Below are positions 1 through 11,400 of a stretch of 64,000 nucleotides of DNA, in pieces. Source of the stretch: Callorhinchus milii (Eukaryota); assembly GCF_018977255.1 (NCBI RefSeq), contig NW_024704743.1, forward strand, positions 24,430,001 through 24,494,000. Direction: 5' to 3'. The position numbers and the translations under genes were made by a program. The first letter of the stretch is position 1. Each line of letters starts with the position of its first letter. The notes under the pieces are model-generated. The model ran no database searches. It worked only from the letters and a program-made list of their open reading frames with translations, and was not told the origin of the DNA.

Positions 1-62
1 GAATTGAACTCAGGTCTCTCACTTGCAAAGCAAGTGCTCTAACCACTGAGCTACAGGACTCC
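1..62 (-). mobile_element. tRNA-derived SINE head (truncated by window edge)
   Basis: Reverse complement GGAGTCCTGTAGCTCAGTGGTTAGAGCAC...GAGTTCAATTC with A and B boxes; same as other copies. Confidence 0.85.
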
Positions 63-640
63 AAGGGATCTATATATATGTAAGTTGTTGTCTTTTACAG
101 AACTCCAAGGGAGTACATTTATATAGATCCCTTCACGTAAGATAAGGTCTCAAAGATTGCTGGGCCGATACGGAGCAAGGGAGAAGGAGGTAGGGGAGGA
201 TGATCATTGGTGTGGTCAAATAGGTAGGTTTTAAGGTGGAATTAAAAGACAGCTAGAAATTGAGTAAAACAGAGGGATGGAGGAAGAATTGTAGAAATTA
301 CTGGTGCTGCAGTGCTACCTATTTACTGCAGTGTCATTGTAGGTAACCCCATTAAAACTGATCTTCATTGGTTTTCATACTTGGGTAGAGTATTTTACCT
401 TCTTAAAACTGTTTTGCCCTATTTCCAGTCTAAGCTAGTCCTAATGTATGTTATTGGTACGTTTTATTTGAAGAACAAAGCAGAAGTTATTAAAATGGGT
501 AATCTGTCTTTTTGTGTATGAATAACTGCCAATCCATTTTTAAATGTATCAACCCTAACCCATTCTTTCATAGTGGTGAAATAATTATTTGTCGGTGAGA
601 TAGTTATTTTAACTGAACATTAAATTATTATGCAATATAA

Positions 641-990
641 TTATAATCCTTGCATTTGATATAGCAGCTTATCACATTTTCGAGACGTCTCAAAACGTTT
701 CATAGAATATAATGTAAAGTGAATTGACTGTATATTTTGTGGGCGAAATGCGGCAGCCAATGTCCCACAAACAGTCGTGGATTGAAGTGACCAATCTATT
801 ATTATTTTTGAAGGAATTATTACCCCTGGAAAAGTGATCTGCCATCCACTAACAACCGGGTTCCCACTTACTGCTAGGTAAACAGAGGCATGTGGAGTAG
901 GGAAACTTGCCCAAGATTATATCCTGCCGGGAAACAAACCCAGGTGTTTCGCATGCGAGGCGAGTGTTCAAACCCTGAGCTGCAGGATGA
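641..990 (-). mobile_element. tRNA/Deu-type SINE, older long subfamily
   Basis: Similar to 31497-31850 and 35033-35389; aaatgcaagga(tta)n tail. Confidence 0.8.
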
Positions 991-3431
991 CCCCCACAGG
1001 ACAGAATATACTGTTACAAACAGAGGATGCTTGCTAAAATCCAAGGCATCAATTGTAAAGTGTTTTGTTTGTTTTAATAGGTAAGAACCACACTCCAGTT
1101 AAGACTAGGATTGAAGAGACAGTTGATGCGAAATGGAGGAAGAAATATGAAAGAAGAGAGGCTTTTCTAAATGCTGGCTTCTTTACAGCTATTGATAAGT
1201 AATTGTCTTTTGACCTTTTTTCAACCAGATTGCACAGAAAGACTTATCCTCAAATCTTAAATGAAAAGGTTCCCTAAGAATTTCTGGAAAAGTTAAATGT
1301 TTGAAAATTCTAGTACAAATTGTGTATTGTGTATCTACAATTTGTTAATCATCAAAATGTCAGAAGTATTGCTCCTGAGAAAAAACGTTAGAATTTTTTT
1401 CATAAACCTTCATATCATATGAATTACATTATGGGTGGAATTCCATTTATGAAAATTAAGAACAATGCCTTAGTGCATGAAAATGGGTGGACATTTTGAT
1501 TCTGTTCAAAGAGCAGTTACACGAGGTAGGTTTCTCTTTATTATCATCCAATTTTCTTGCATGAATTACCTACTGATATATTTAGTTTGTTCCTGCAATT
1601 TTTCTCAATAACCAAAGTCCCAGGCAGAGAGGGGATAAAAGGATTTACAAAAAGATAACTGAAGAAAACAGAAAATACCTACGTGGCTGTTTGATTACAC
1701 AGATGCACAGATTTAACTGATGAGCAATGATTAAGATACATTAAGGTACAGAGCGAAGCCATTACTGAGCTTTGTAATCTTACCCATGAGGAATTTAAAA
1801 CACACAATAAAATCAACATAGCTTTGCTTCTTGATGTATGTTTCACTGTTTACTTAAGGTTTTATCCGATCTAGTTAATTCTAAAACATTATGGATGGCA
1901 TAAGAACAGTTGGTCATTTTGGGGTCGACGTTGTTGTTGGCCAAGTCATTAATGATTTGTACTCAGAAGACATCCTGATGCCATACAATTTGTAAAATAA
2001 TTGAAGTATCTTTCCAACAAAATCGAAATGCATCATCATAAGGTACACTTATCACAAAATTGGTAAAAGTAGAAATAAACAACTAACATTTTTTTCTGGT
2101 ACATATTACATCAAAACACTTCACAGTGTCTCATAGTAATTACAGATAAGAGCAAAACCTGATTTTTTTCAGCAAATATGGAACCCATTTTTTGCACACA
2201 ACAGAGACCAGCAAACAGCTATGATGTGAAACCAGTTTATCTCATGAATTGTTGGCAGGATATCAGGAAACACTCTTTTTTGAATGTTATGTATATTTGA
2301 TAAACACCTGAAGAACAGACAGACAAAACAGTGGTTTGCCTTACCCAAAATACTGAACATCCAACAACATAGCAGACGATACTTTGAGTTCATATCCCAA
2401 TGTGAGGCTTCAGGGCACGTTCTGAACCAATGGCAAGAGTGCTACCATGAGTAGGCTAGGTTGACACCTAGGGGCATCAATATAGTTATCAATAAATAGC
2501 AATGCAGAGCTTCAGCATCACCATAAAACAGTGGATTGCTAGAAAAAAACGATTGAAGCTCATTGGCCATTATCATGAGATAGTCATGAAAAGTATTTTT
2601 TTAAATTGTACAATGATATGCAGACAAGCACACTATATATTAATGCAGATAATCCTTTACCTTTATCTATGCATGTGTTTAAATCAGCATTGTGATTTCT
2701 TCAGTTTGTTTAATATTATTCAAGTATAATAAAGAGAGCAGGTGGGCTGGGACTGCATGTTTGTAGGACAGAGCGTACTAGGGTAGGAGGAGAAGGCTGA
2801 CACTGTGGGAGAGGAAAAAGGAATGTGGGGGTGACAGAAGAGGTGGCACTATGAGTATGTGTGGGGTGTGTATTGGGGAGAGGGAAGGCCTGGAATACTG
2901 TGCGTGACAAGGGAGGTGAGAATGGCTGGCACAGTCTGAAGATTTTAACCTCTCTAATTTACTCAAATACAATGCAGCTTTTTTTTATTGGTGAGCGAGG
3001 TTAGGCCTGCTCTCCCCCATTAACCAAATTAGACCGAAACGTTTTCCACTTTGGGAATGAGGGTTGCCCCTGCAGACAAAATCTTCTAGGCCCCAAATTG
3101 TCAAAGGACAATGTGGACCTGAACCATGTCTTCACGACCACCCGAGCAAGTCAAGTGACCAGATCACCTGTCCCGCCTGTGCCTAGTGACCAGATGCTCA
3201 AGTGAGCTCTGAGTTCCAGTATCTCCGCTTCCTCTTTGTAAGGGAAGATCAAACTCCTCAGATCAGAAGTACTGCAATACCAATCCCAACCAACAGAGGT
3301 CTGAAAGCATAGCTGTAGCCAGGCGCTCAATCCTTCCCATATCCAGTTATTATGGGTGAGATTTAGTCATGGCAACCAAACAAGCAAATCTCAACAGATT
3401 AACTTTTCTAGCATCGCCTAGCTCAAGGGGT

Positions 3432-3485
3432 AACTGATGTGAACAGAAACTACACTCGATCTTAGCCGAAAGACCGAGAAGCGTT
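3432..3485 (-). pseudogene. U2 snRNA 5' fragment (~54 nt), head of a candidate chimeric retroposon
   Basis: Reverse complement ACGCTTCTCGGTCTTTCGGCTAAGATCGAGTGTAGTTTCTGTTCACATCAGTT matches the U2 5' end (ATCGCTTCTCGGCCTTTTGGCTAAGATCAAGTGTAGTATCTGTTCTTATCAGTT) with a few substitutions. The Sm site and 3' half are absent. Confidence 0.9.
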
Positions 3486-3957
3486 TTAATGTAGAGGTAG
3501 ATAACTCATTATGTCCACTGGCAGAATTGTCATCCACTACCTACAAATCACTGGTTATGGATTTGTCTTCCCTTGTGTTATTCCTTTACAAGACAACAGA
3601 GGAATGCATTGTCACTTGTATCAAATCACTCAGTAATTCAAGGCTAAAAATAAGATTTCATATTTTACGCTGGCACTAATTAACACAACAAATAGGTCAA
3701 GGAAAGTTGACACCAATGAAGGATGACACCTCTAAAAATGCAGCACTCATTGTGGAGTGTTTAGCCTAGAATATGAGCTCAAGAAAGTCTTGACATGGGG
3801 TTTGAATCCACAACCTCTGCTTCAGAGATGAGAGTGCTATCAAGTGAGCCAAGCTGATACACAACCTGCAGTCAGATCACAAATTATTGATTAGTTCTGT
3901 ACATTTAAGGAAGTACTGGGTTTTCCAACATTTAAAGGGGTTCTTTTGTACTTGCAG

Positions 3958-4836
3958 GCCATACCGTTGTCTAGGAAATGTTATTCTGGATAATCAAGAT
4001 CTGTTTGCACCACACCTTACCTCTGAAGATCAAATAAATTTAAAGGTGATTGTTACTTGGAAGTACAGTTAAGTTGATTAGAATATAGTGTGGAATGTTT
4101 TAGAAATCTTGTTTGCTATGACAGCTTATCAACATATCAGGAGCCAGATGATTGGATGGGTAATTTTCTTGTTCTCTATTAGAACCCTTAAAGAGAAGTT
4201 TGGTCAAACTGTTCAATTCATGAACATACAATAGTGCAAAAAATTGCTGTCAGCATAAATGGTAGTTTGTTCTTATGCATTGGAATAGCGCTTATGACAA
4301 CTTGGCACAACTTGACTCAAATATCTTTGAGTAGCAGTTGTACAAGAGGAGGTACAGAGCCATCTGCCTTGGCGTACACAGCAGATGTCTCAAAGCCAGG
4401 AGCAACTTTAGACTTTCGTTTTCCATTCATTGGGGATTGCACAAAAAATACAGAAGTTGTTGTTGACAAGGGTATTCTGCCTAATGCTGGGCCTGCTGTG
4501 CAACAGGAGAATGAACCAATCTGACAACTCATGAAGGTGCACCAACAACAACAACAACAAGATTCCATTTATTGAGCGCCTTTCACGTCGGGAGGACGTC
4601 CCAAGGCGCTGTACAATTGGGTCAGGACCTGAGCATTGGGGGGAAATGGTGAGGGGAGGGAAGGGAGGGAGCGATGAGGGGGTAGAGAGTCGAGAGGGGA
4701 GCTGAAGGCACGGTCAAAGAGAAAGGTCTTGAGACCGGCCTTGAAGGAGGAAAGGGAGGAGGCGGCGAAGGCACTGGGGGATAGAGTTCCAAGGTAGAAA
4801 GCACCAAGGCATACTGCACTGTTGAGTGCAAGGAAG
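3958..4836 (+). pseudogene. Decayed armadillo-repeat-like coding exon interrupted by an L2 insertion
   Basis: ttttgtacttgcag acceptor. Translation across stops and a frameshift gives YRCLGNVILDNQDL, VAVVQ/RGGTEP and FIGDCTKNTEVVVDKGILP, which resemble ARM repeat helices. Confidence 0.4.
4543..4800 (-). mobile_element. L2-clade LINE 3' end, 5'-truncated, with TSD GCACCAA
   Basis: [10 protein letters not shown] motif, stem-loop tail, (TTG)n end; GCACCAA at 4539-4545 and 4801-4807; near-identical to 23137-23370. Confidence 0.85.
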
Positions 4837-5340
4837 GTCAAATACACCCAATAGCACACTAATAGATACACATGTTGAACAATAATTGACTTCATACTGA
4901 GCACACACTAGTTGTCAACTTATTTATAACATGAATGTCAATGTACGGCATAGCATAGTATTCTCATAAGTAACAATATTTACTCTTCCCTTATCTGCCA
5001 GGACGCTGGCTGCTGCAACTAGTTCAGCTCCACCTCAAACGTCGTGTTTACTGCTGAAGGTCCCGCTCCCATTCTGTCCAAATTAGAGTCACCTAACCGT
5101 TACAATTAGTAAAAATTACCTAGTAATAAGTCTGAAGATTCAGTATTTCTCAAATATAACTTTACACAATGCCTGTAAATTATTCACTTTTGTTTCAAGC
5201 ATACCATAATTTTGACTCATTAATTGGAAAACTGAAGTGTTAATTCTACTTTCTAATCATCTTTTGATACTTTGCATCGTATTTATAATTATATCAATGA
5301 AAAATACATACCTAATTCTTTTTATTTTTTATTGCACTAG

Positions 5341-5409
5341 AACATACTTGAAAGTAAATATGGAGAAAAACAATTACAAAATAGGCTTATTCAAGAAAGA
5401 GCAGAGCAG
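5341..5409 (+). CDS. CCDC60-like exon ([23 protein letters not shown])
   Basis: ttgcactag acceptor, CAG|gtaagg donor, phase 0-0, open. Confidence 0.7.
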
Positions 5410-8400
5410 GTAAGGGATAGATGAAAATGAGTAAAATGAATGCTTCTCTAACAAAGACTACACGAGAAAAATCAATTCCTTATGAAAAGTATACCCGTCC
5501 CATATGGGACCACAATTTTCACAATAAATAATAAATCCATATATCAGTTAACTCCAGTTATCTTTTTCTAATGTTTTTAACACTTTTTTAACTTGGTTTT
5601 TGTTCTCATTTATAGTACCATACACATCTAGTCACAGTTTTATGTGGAGTATGAACATCAGTATGGACTAATTAACTCCAACACTGTTAAGCTCTCTGAG
5701 ACTCTAACCTGCTTGCAGGATGCAATGTAAATGCAAATTAATGTCAGTGGACTGATGGGTTGCTTCTATGCTTTAACATTCTGTGTAATTCTATGCAAAG
5801 ACAATTGCTTCTGCAGGCAATCAATTAGGTTTCGATTGATCACTATCTTGTTAGTCCAGCTGAACATATATATCTTTCCCATGCTGTATGATTTTCACTA
5901 ATTGTTCTTTCTAGTTACTTTGTACTTTACCTCCACAAACGTTTGGGGAGGTGGGGGAAGGCAGAGTGGGTCATGGCATGGATGTGGGGTAGAAAGGACA
6001 ATGAAAGGTCAAACATGATGCCAAGCATCCGGACTAGCTTGGTGAGGTGTAGAGTGCATCCATGGATAATAATAATAATATTGCATTTGATATAGCACCT
6101 TATCACATCTTCGAGACATCTCAAAGCACTTCACATAATATAATGTAAAGTGAATTGACTGTATATTTTGTGGGCGAAACGCAGCAGCCAATTGCACACA
6201 GACAGATGAATCCTAAAGGAACGATCAGCCTTTGGTTTAATTTGTATCCAGTTGTCTGTCGCTCTTCTAAACATTCCTTTCCTGTTCCTGTCGAGCTTAA
6301 AATAAATCTTCCTCTTTTCTGAATCAACTATGTTCAAATTGAAACTCATTCCATTGCTTTCTAATTTAACTCATTCTTTCTCGGGTTCTCAAAATTGTGG
6401 AACTCCAAACCCTGAGAACCTGAGAAAGAACTGAGTTTTAAATCATGACTTTGGCATCATCAAAAAACTTCATGATTGCTTACCTAATACTCTTTTCATC
6501 TTGGCAGTGAACTGAATTTGGGGCCTCAAAGATTCTCATTTTAAAAAAACACTGGTGCTATTTACTTCTTTCCACTAAATTCAGAAAAAGTTCAGGTTAT
6601 GGTATTATTTAATGACTGGTCAGTTTCACAATAATTGCAAAAGATACTGCAGATAATCCATAAGATAAATTACAAAGTTGGTTTTATATTCTTACATTAA
6701 GGTTATCTATGAACAAAAAAAAACTGCCTTCTTAACATTTCTATATTTAATTATTTCTAAGTTGCCCATTCTATTCCAAAAAGACCTGTGGAAACAACAG
6801 AATGGATTCATCCACATCAAACGGTATTTAAATCAAACCGATTGGATTCGAAATGCAATGAATACGGGGCAGCCTCTTTCACATTGCCTACAAGAAGTGG
6901 TAAGAGAAAGAAATCACAAAAGGGTTAAACTGATATCTTTGCAAGCTCAAGTATATTTTAAAATAAATTTTCTTGGATGTGTAGTTTACCTGTAGCAAAT
7001 AAGGCATTTTGGAGCATATTATTCAGATAGCGACTATAGTACAATCATTTTATGAAATGATTACCCTAAGCATTCTGGAGTAATAGTTGCTTTGTTTTGT
7101 TAGCAATTGTACAGTCAGTTAATAATATGATTAAGTTTCAGAGAGAGGCTAGACAGGTTACTGATCAGTTAAGTGTTGAAAATCTTTAGTACATTTTAGA
7201 AATAAAAAACAAGGGTGAGACTTACACTCTACTCATGATATAGTAATATTAAGGAACAGAGAGACCTAAGAGTGCACCAAGAGTGCATCTTTAAAGATGA
7301 AAGCCCTTTCAGAAAAGTTATAGAAAGGTATTCTGGGTTTTAAATAAAAAAGGCTTTGAAGTGACACATCAGCAAGGAAATACTGTTAAATTTCTGAGAC
7401 ATTGGTTAAGCCACAGTTGGAGTACTTTATAAAAATCTGGCTACCCCATTAGAGAAGGGTCATCAGTATCATGGAAAGAATTCAGTGTAGCTTCAAATAA
7501 CAGATACCAAGGATGAGGGGGTTATTATCAAGATAGGTTCCAATATATGGGTCTAGTTTCACCAGAATATAGATACCTAAATGGGGATTTAATGCAGGTC
7601 AGCCTAATTTTGACAAGTTTTAAGGACTGATAGTGAAAGTTTATTCCTGCTGATTGATAAATTTGTAACACGGGAGCATAAATTTAGTATTGTCACTGGA
7701 AGATTTCAGGGGACGGTTAGAAAAAAATCCTTTTTATACAGGTGACTAACAGTAGATGGGATGTTTTAACACAGTGACTCTTTATGCTTCAATAATAATA
7801 TTATACAGCGAATTGGATAAACATTTCAAACAGAAGAATATGAAGAGTAGGGAGTTGCAATTAGATAGTTTCAGTGGAGGAGATAGCACCAACAAAGCTC
7901 AAATGGCCTAATGGAATACTATACTGTAATTGCTACGATTCTCTGAAATGAATTCTCTGAAAGTCATTTATATATTTTAGTGAAGTCTATAAGAACTTAT
8001 TGATATATATAAGAACACAAAAACATACAAATTTGCTAGATGAAACCATTCTGCACATAAATCTGTAATCTATTTGATACCAAAACAGCAAAAATGGGTT
8101 CCAAATTTCAGGACTTCGGATTTATTAATAATGACTGAGTTGTAATTGACAATTCCTTTACTGGAAGTGGAACTGGAAGTACATCATCCCAACCTGTGGA
8201 TACTCTGCTTCAGAGATAAATCATGTATATCATTAAGGTATATGGAGAAAAAAAATGGAAAGTGGGATCAATAAGAAGATTTAGAAAAAACAGTAAAAGT
8301 GGCACAAACATTTTGCATTGAATGAACTTCTCAGATAATAAAGAGGAATTATGGGCTGTATTGCCCAATCAGTTGAGTTCAGATTCCCAGATGTCATACT

Positions 8401-11400
8401 GAAATTCTATATTCTCTGGTCAGGCCACATCTTAGAATATTGTTTATAGTTATGCTAACTGCAACATAAGTGGAATACATGCTGGCCCTTAGAGGGAATG
8501 CAGAGGAGAATGGAAAGGATAAATACATTAGAAGTATATTTTGTAAACTTTATCAATATTATCTGTGATCTGTTTTGCAATGTAATATTTTCATATTTTA
8601 CAGGACCATATTTTTTCAGCTTCCAGAAAGCTGGCGAGCTTCAGAGTTTTGCCTGTAGTTCAAAGCAAGGTTAATTCTGGTAAATATAACTTGCAAAATA
8701 TTCTTTGATCATCCCGTGTGCAGCATAACACTAGAAATGAACAAATGAACCTTTAGAAACCGTGAAAGGTTAATTGTTAGTAAACATACTCTCACATAAT
8801 CCTCAGTATTATATATAGTGTAGGTTGGAATGTGCTACAAGAGAGCAACACATTGAGATGCTCAGGATAATATCATAAACTGTGAGATCTCTTGTAGTTT
8901 ATAATAATAATAATAATAATCCTTGCATTTGATATAGTGCCCACCATGTCTTTGAGACGTATGAAAGTGCTTCACAGAATATACAGTAAAGTGAATTGAC
9001 TTTATATTTTGTGGGTGAAATGCAGCAGCCAATTGCGCACAGCGGTGTATCTGAGCCCCTGAAGTGTTACGTCCTTGAAATACATTCAACCTATGTTTGC
9101 CAAACAATACAGATCCATTGATGATTGATCGCTAGTTTGTAAAAATTATATAGGTTGCACCACTGTCTCATGCCGTCACATAAGCATCAAGTGCCTGATG
9201 TGCAGGGTTCAAACATTGTGTTAAATGCACTTGCACTGTTGTGGCGGCTAGCAGCTTGTACAAGGTGATGTGAGTGCTTGTGAAATTTGCCTCAGTAAGA
9301 AGGTGATAATTGAAGGAAAATATTGAGTAGCTATCAACCTGCTCCAAACCATCAAGCACTAAATCCACTTCCAATCTGTTCAGCCATGCCACTGACTCTT
9401 CATCACTCCAAACCATTCCCAGCCTGCTTGGAGTCAACAGAAGTGATGGCTCAGCCTGGCTCAATCGGTAGCATTCTTGCCTCTGAATCAGAATGTTGTG
9501 GGTTCAATCCCACTTCAGCCACGCATATCTACGCTGACACTCTAGTGCAGTTTTAAGGTTGTGTTATTTTGTTGAAGGTGTCAGCCTTTGGATCAGATGT
9601 TAAACAGGTCCTTTCCAACAGCCTGGTAGGGTGAATGGTAAAGTTCCCCTGCACTATCCAAAAGAGAATGAATATCTCCCATTGTTGTGGGAGAACAACA
9701 ATGTCCCAAACAAAATTGGTCAACAATATCCCAAATAATATTGGTCATTTACATCATGGTTGTTTATGGGTTATTTCTCTGCACAAATGGGCTGCTGCCT
9801 TTGCCTACAAATGCACAATCATTAAACTTTACAGTATATCCTGTGAAGCACTTTGAGTCATCCTCCTGACATGAAAGGCACTAATATTAAATGCAATTTT
9901 TATGATTATTATTTAAATTAGTGATTTGTATAATGTTAGTAACAGGTAATATTTCAAATTCTTAGTGTCTAATGCCACCACAAATTTAATATTTCCCATA
10001 CAGTTTCATTCCTTCCGATGCATCATCTTAAACTGTGTTAAGAATACTTAAGACTTCTCTTAATAATAATTCTCCATTTTTTTAATAGGAGCAGCCCGTG
10101 CAAAATGGAAAAAATTAGTTTATGCAACTACCATATTAGGAAGAAAGAAAAAAGAAAATATTCTCTTACTTGGAGATATACCTAGCGATCTTGAAGATGA
10201 GGACACAATAAAGTATGAAAATGTTATACAAATATGATTTTTGTTAAAACCCATCACTATGTTTAAGAGTATCCAAACGAGACTGAGAGTTCCATGTATG
10301 TCACCGTTCAGTCAGTGTCTAAGTATACCGGCCAGAACCTGATTTAATAATAGATCCAGACAACTACTACAAATAATAAGTAGGTCACTTAATCCACAAC
10401 TGTTTGTGGGACATTGCTGTCTCAATTGGCTGCTATGTTTTGCTCACAAAAAAATAAGTCAATTCATTTTACGGTAAATTTCATGAAGCACTTTGAGACG
10501 TCTAGAAGACATGATAAGCCACTATATCAAATGCAAGGATCATTATTTCATTAGTCACTTGCTTTCAGTTCTCTTATGTAAATGTGATGACTTAGTGCCT
10601 TCAGCTTACCTATTACCTCTTTATTTGTGATATTATTTGGCATGCAAAAGGCAGTAAGTATATGATATAAGAAATATCACCTGTGATAACGATAACATTC
10701 CTGAAAAGTGTGATCAGTACTGGTATTTAATTTGACATTGTTAGGAATGACCACCATCCAACTTCAGTACAGTAGTTTTGCCTGAAGCCGCCATGAATTC
10801 TAACTTTGTCGTCCCTATCATCTGTGATCTGTCACAAGATCACAAGATTGGTTTGTAGAAGGCTCTTCAAATCATCTCATCTAAACCATCCTTCCAGAAC
10901 AGCCACTCTGCCCCTTCCCCATCAAAGAATTCAAATTGCTTTTTAAATGAGCCCAGCATTGTGGCCTTCACCACCATCCTTCCTGGAAACCTGTTCCAGT
11001 TATTAATTAACCTCTAAGAAAAGCTTCTTGGTATCTGTCCTGAAATTGCCCTTTACCACATCCTCTTCTTCTACTGACTTGGTGTATCCTAAGGTATTGA
11101 GATGGGTTCACTTTTTCAATCCCATTTAAAATTTTATACATCTCTATGAGGTTCCCTGTGAGTCATCTTCTCGGGATTGAAGACCCCTAGATTGTCTAAT
11201 GTTGCTCATAGCCTGGGCCAATAGAAAAGTGTGGCTGCAATTTTTCTGCAGAATCCGCCATAAACACCCCCCCTATGCTAAAAACAACCCCCTCCGCTAC
11301 AAACACTCTGTGTTCAGAGCCCCTGGCCTTTGCGTGGTGCTGCCGGCTGTTTACTCAACGTAGATACTGTAAGCAGAGCAGCTCTGGACCGCATGCGTGG

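Noticed and set aside
3432..3485. Functional U2 snRNA gene
   Set aside because: Only ~54 nt of the 5' end; branch-site pairing region altered (GTAGTT); no Sm site or 3' stem-loops.
10605..10653. Possible alternative exon (phase 2-0, [16 protein letters not shown]|gtaagt), mutually exclusive with 11712-11817
   Set aside because: Weak acceptor, intron-like T-rich composition and no family resemblance.
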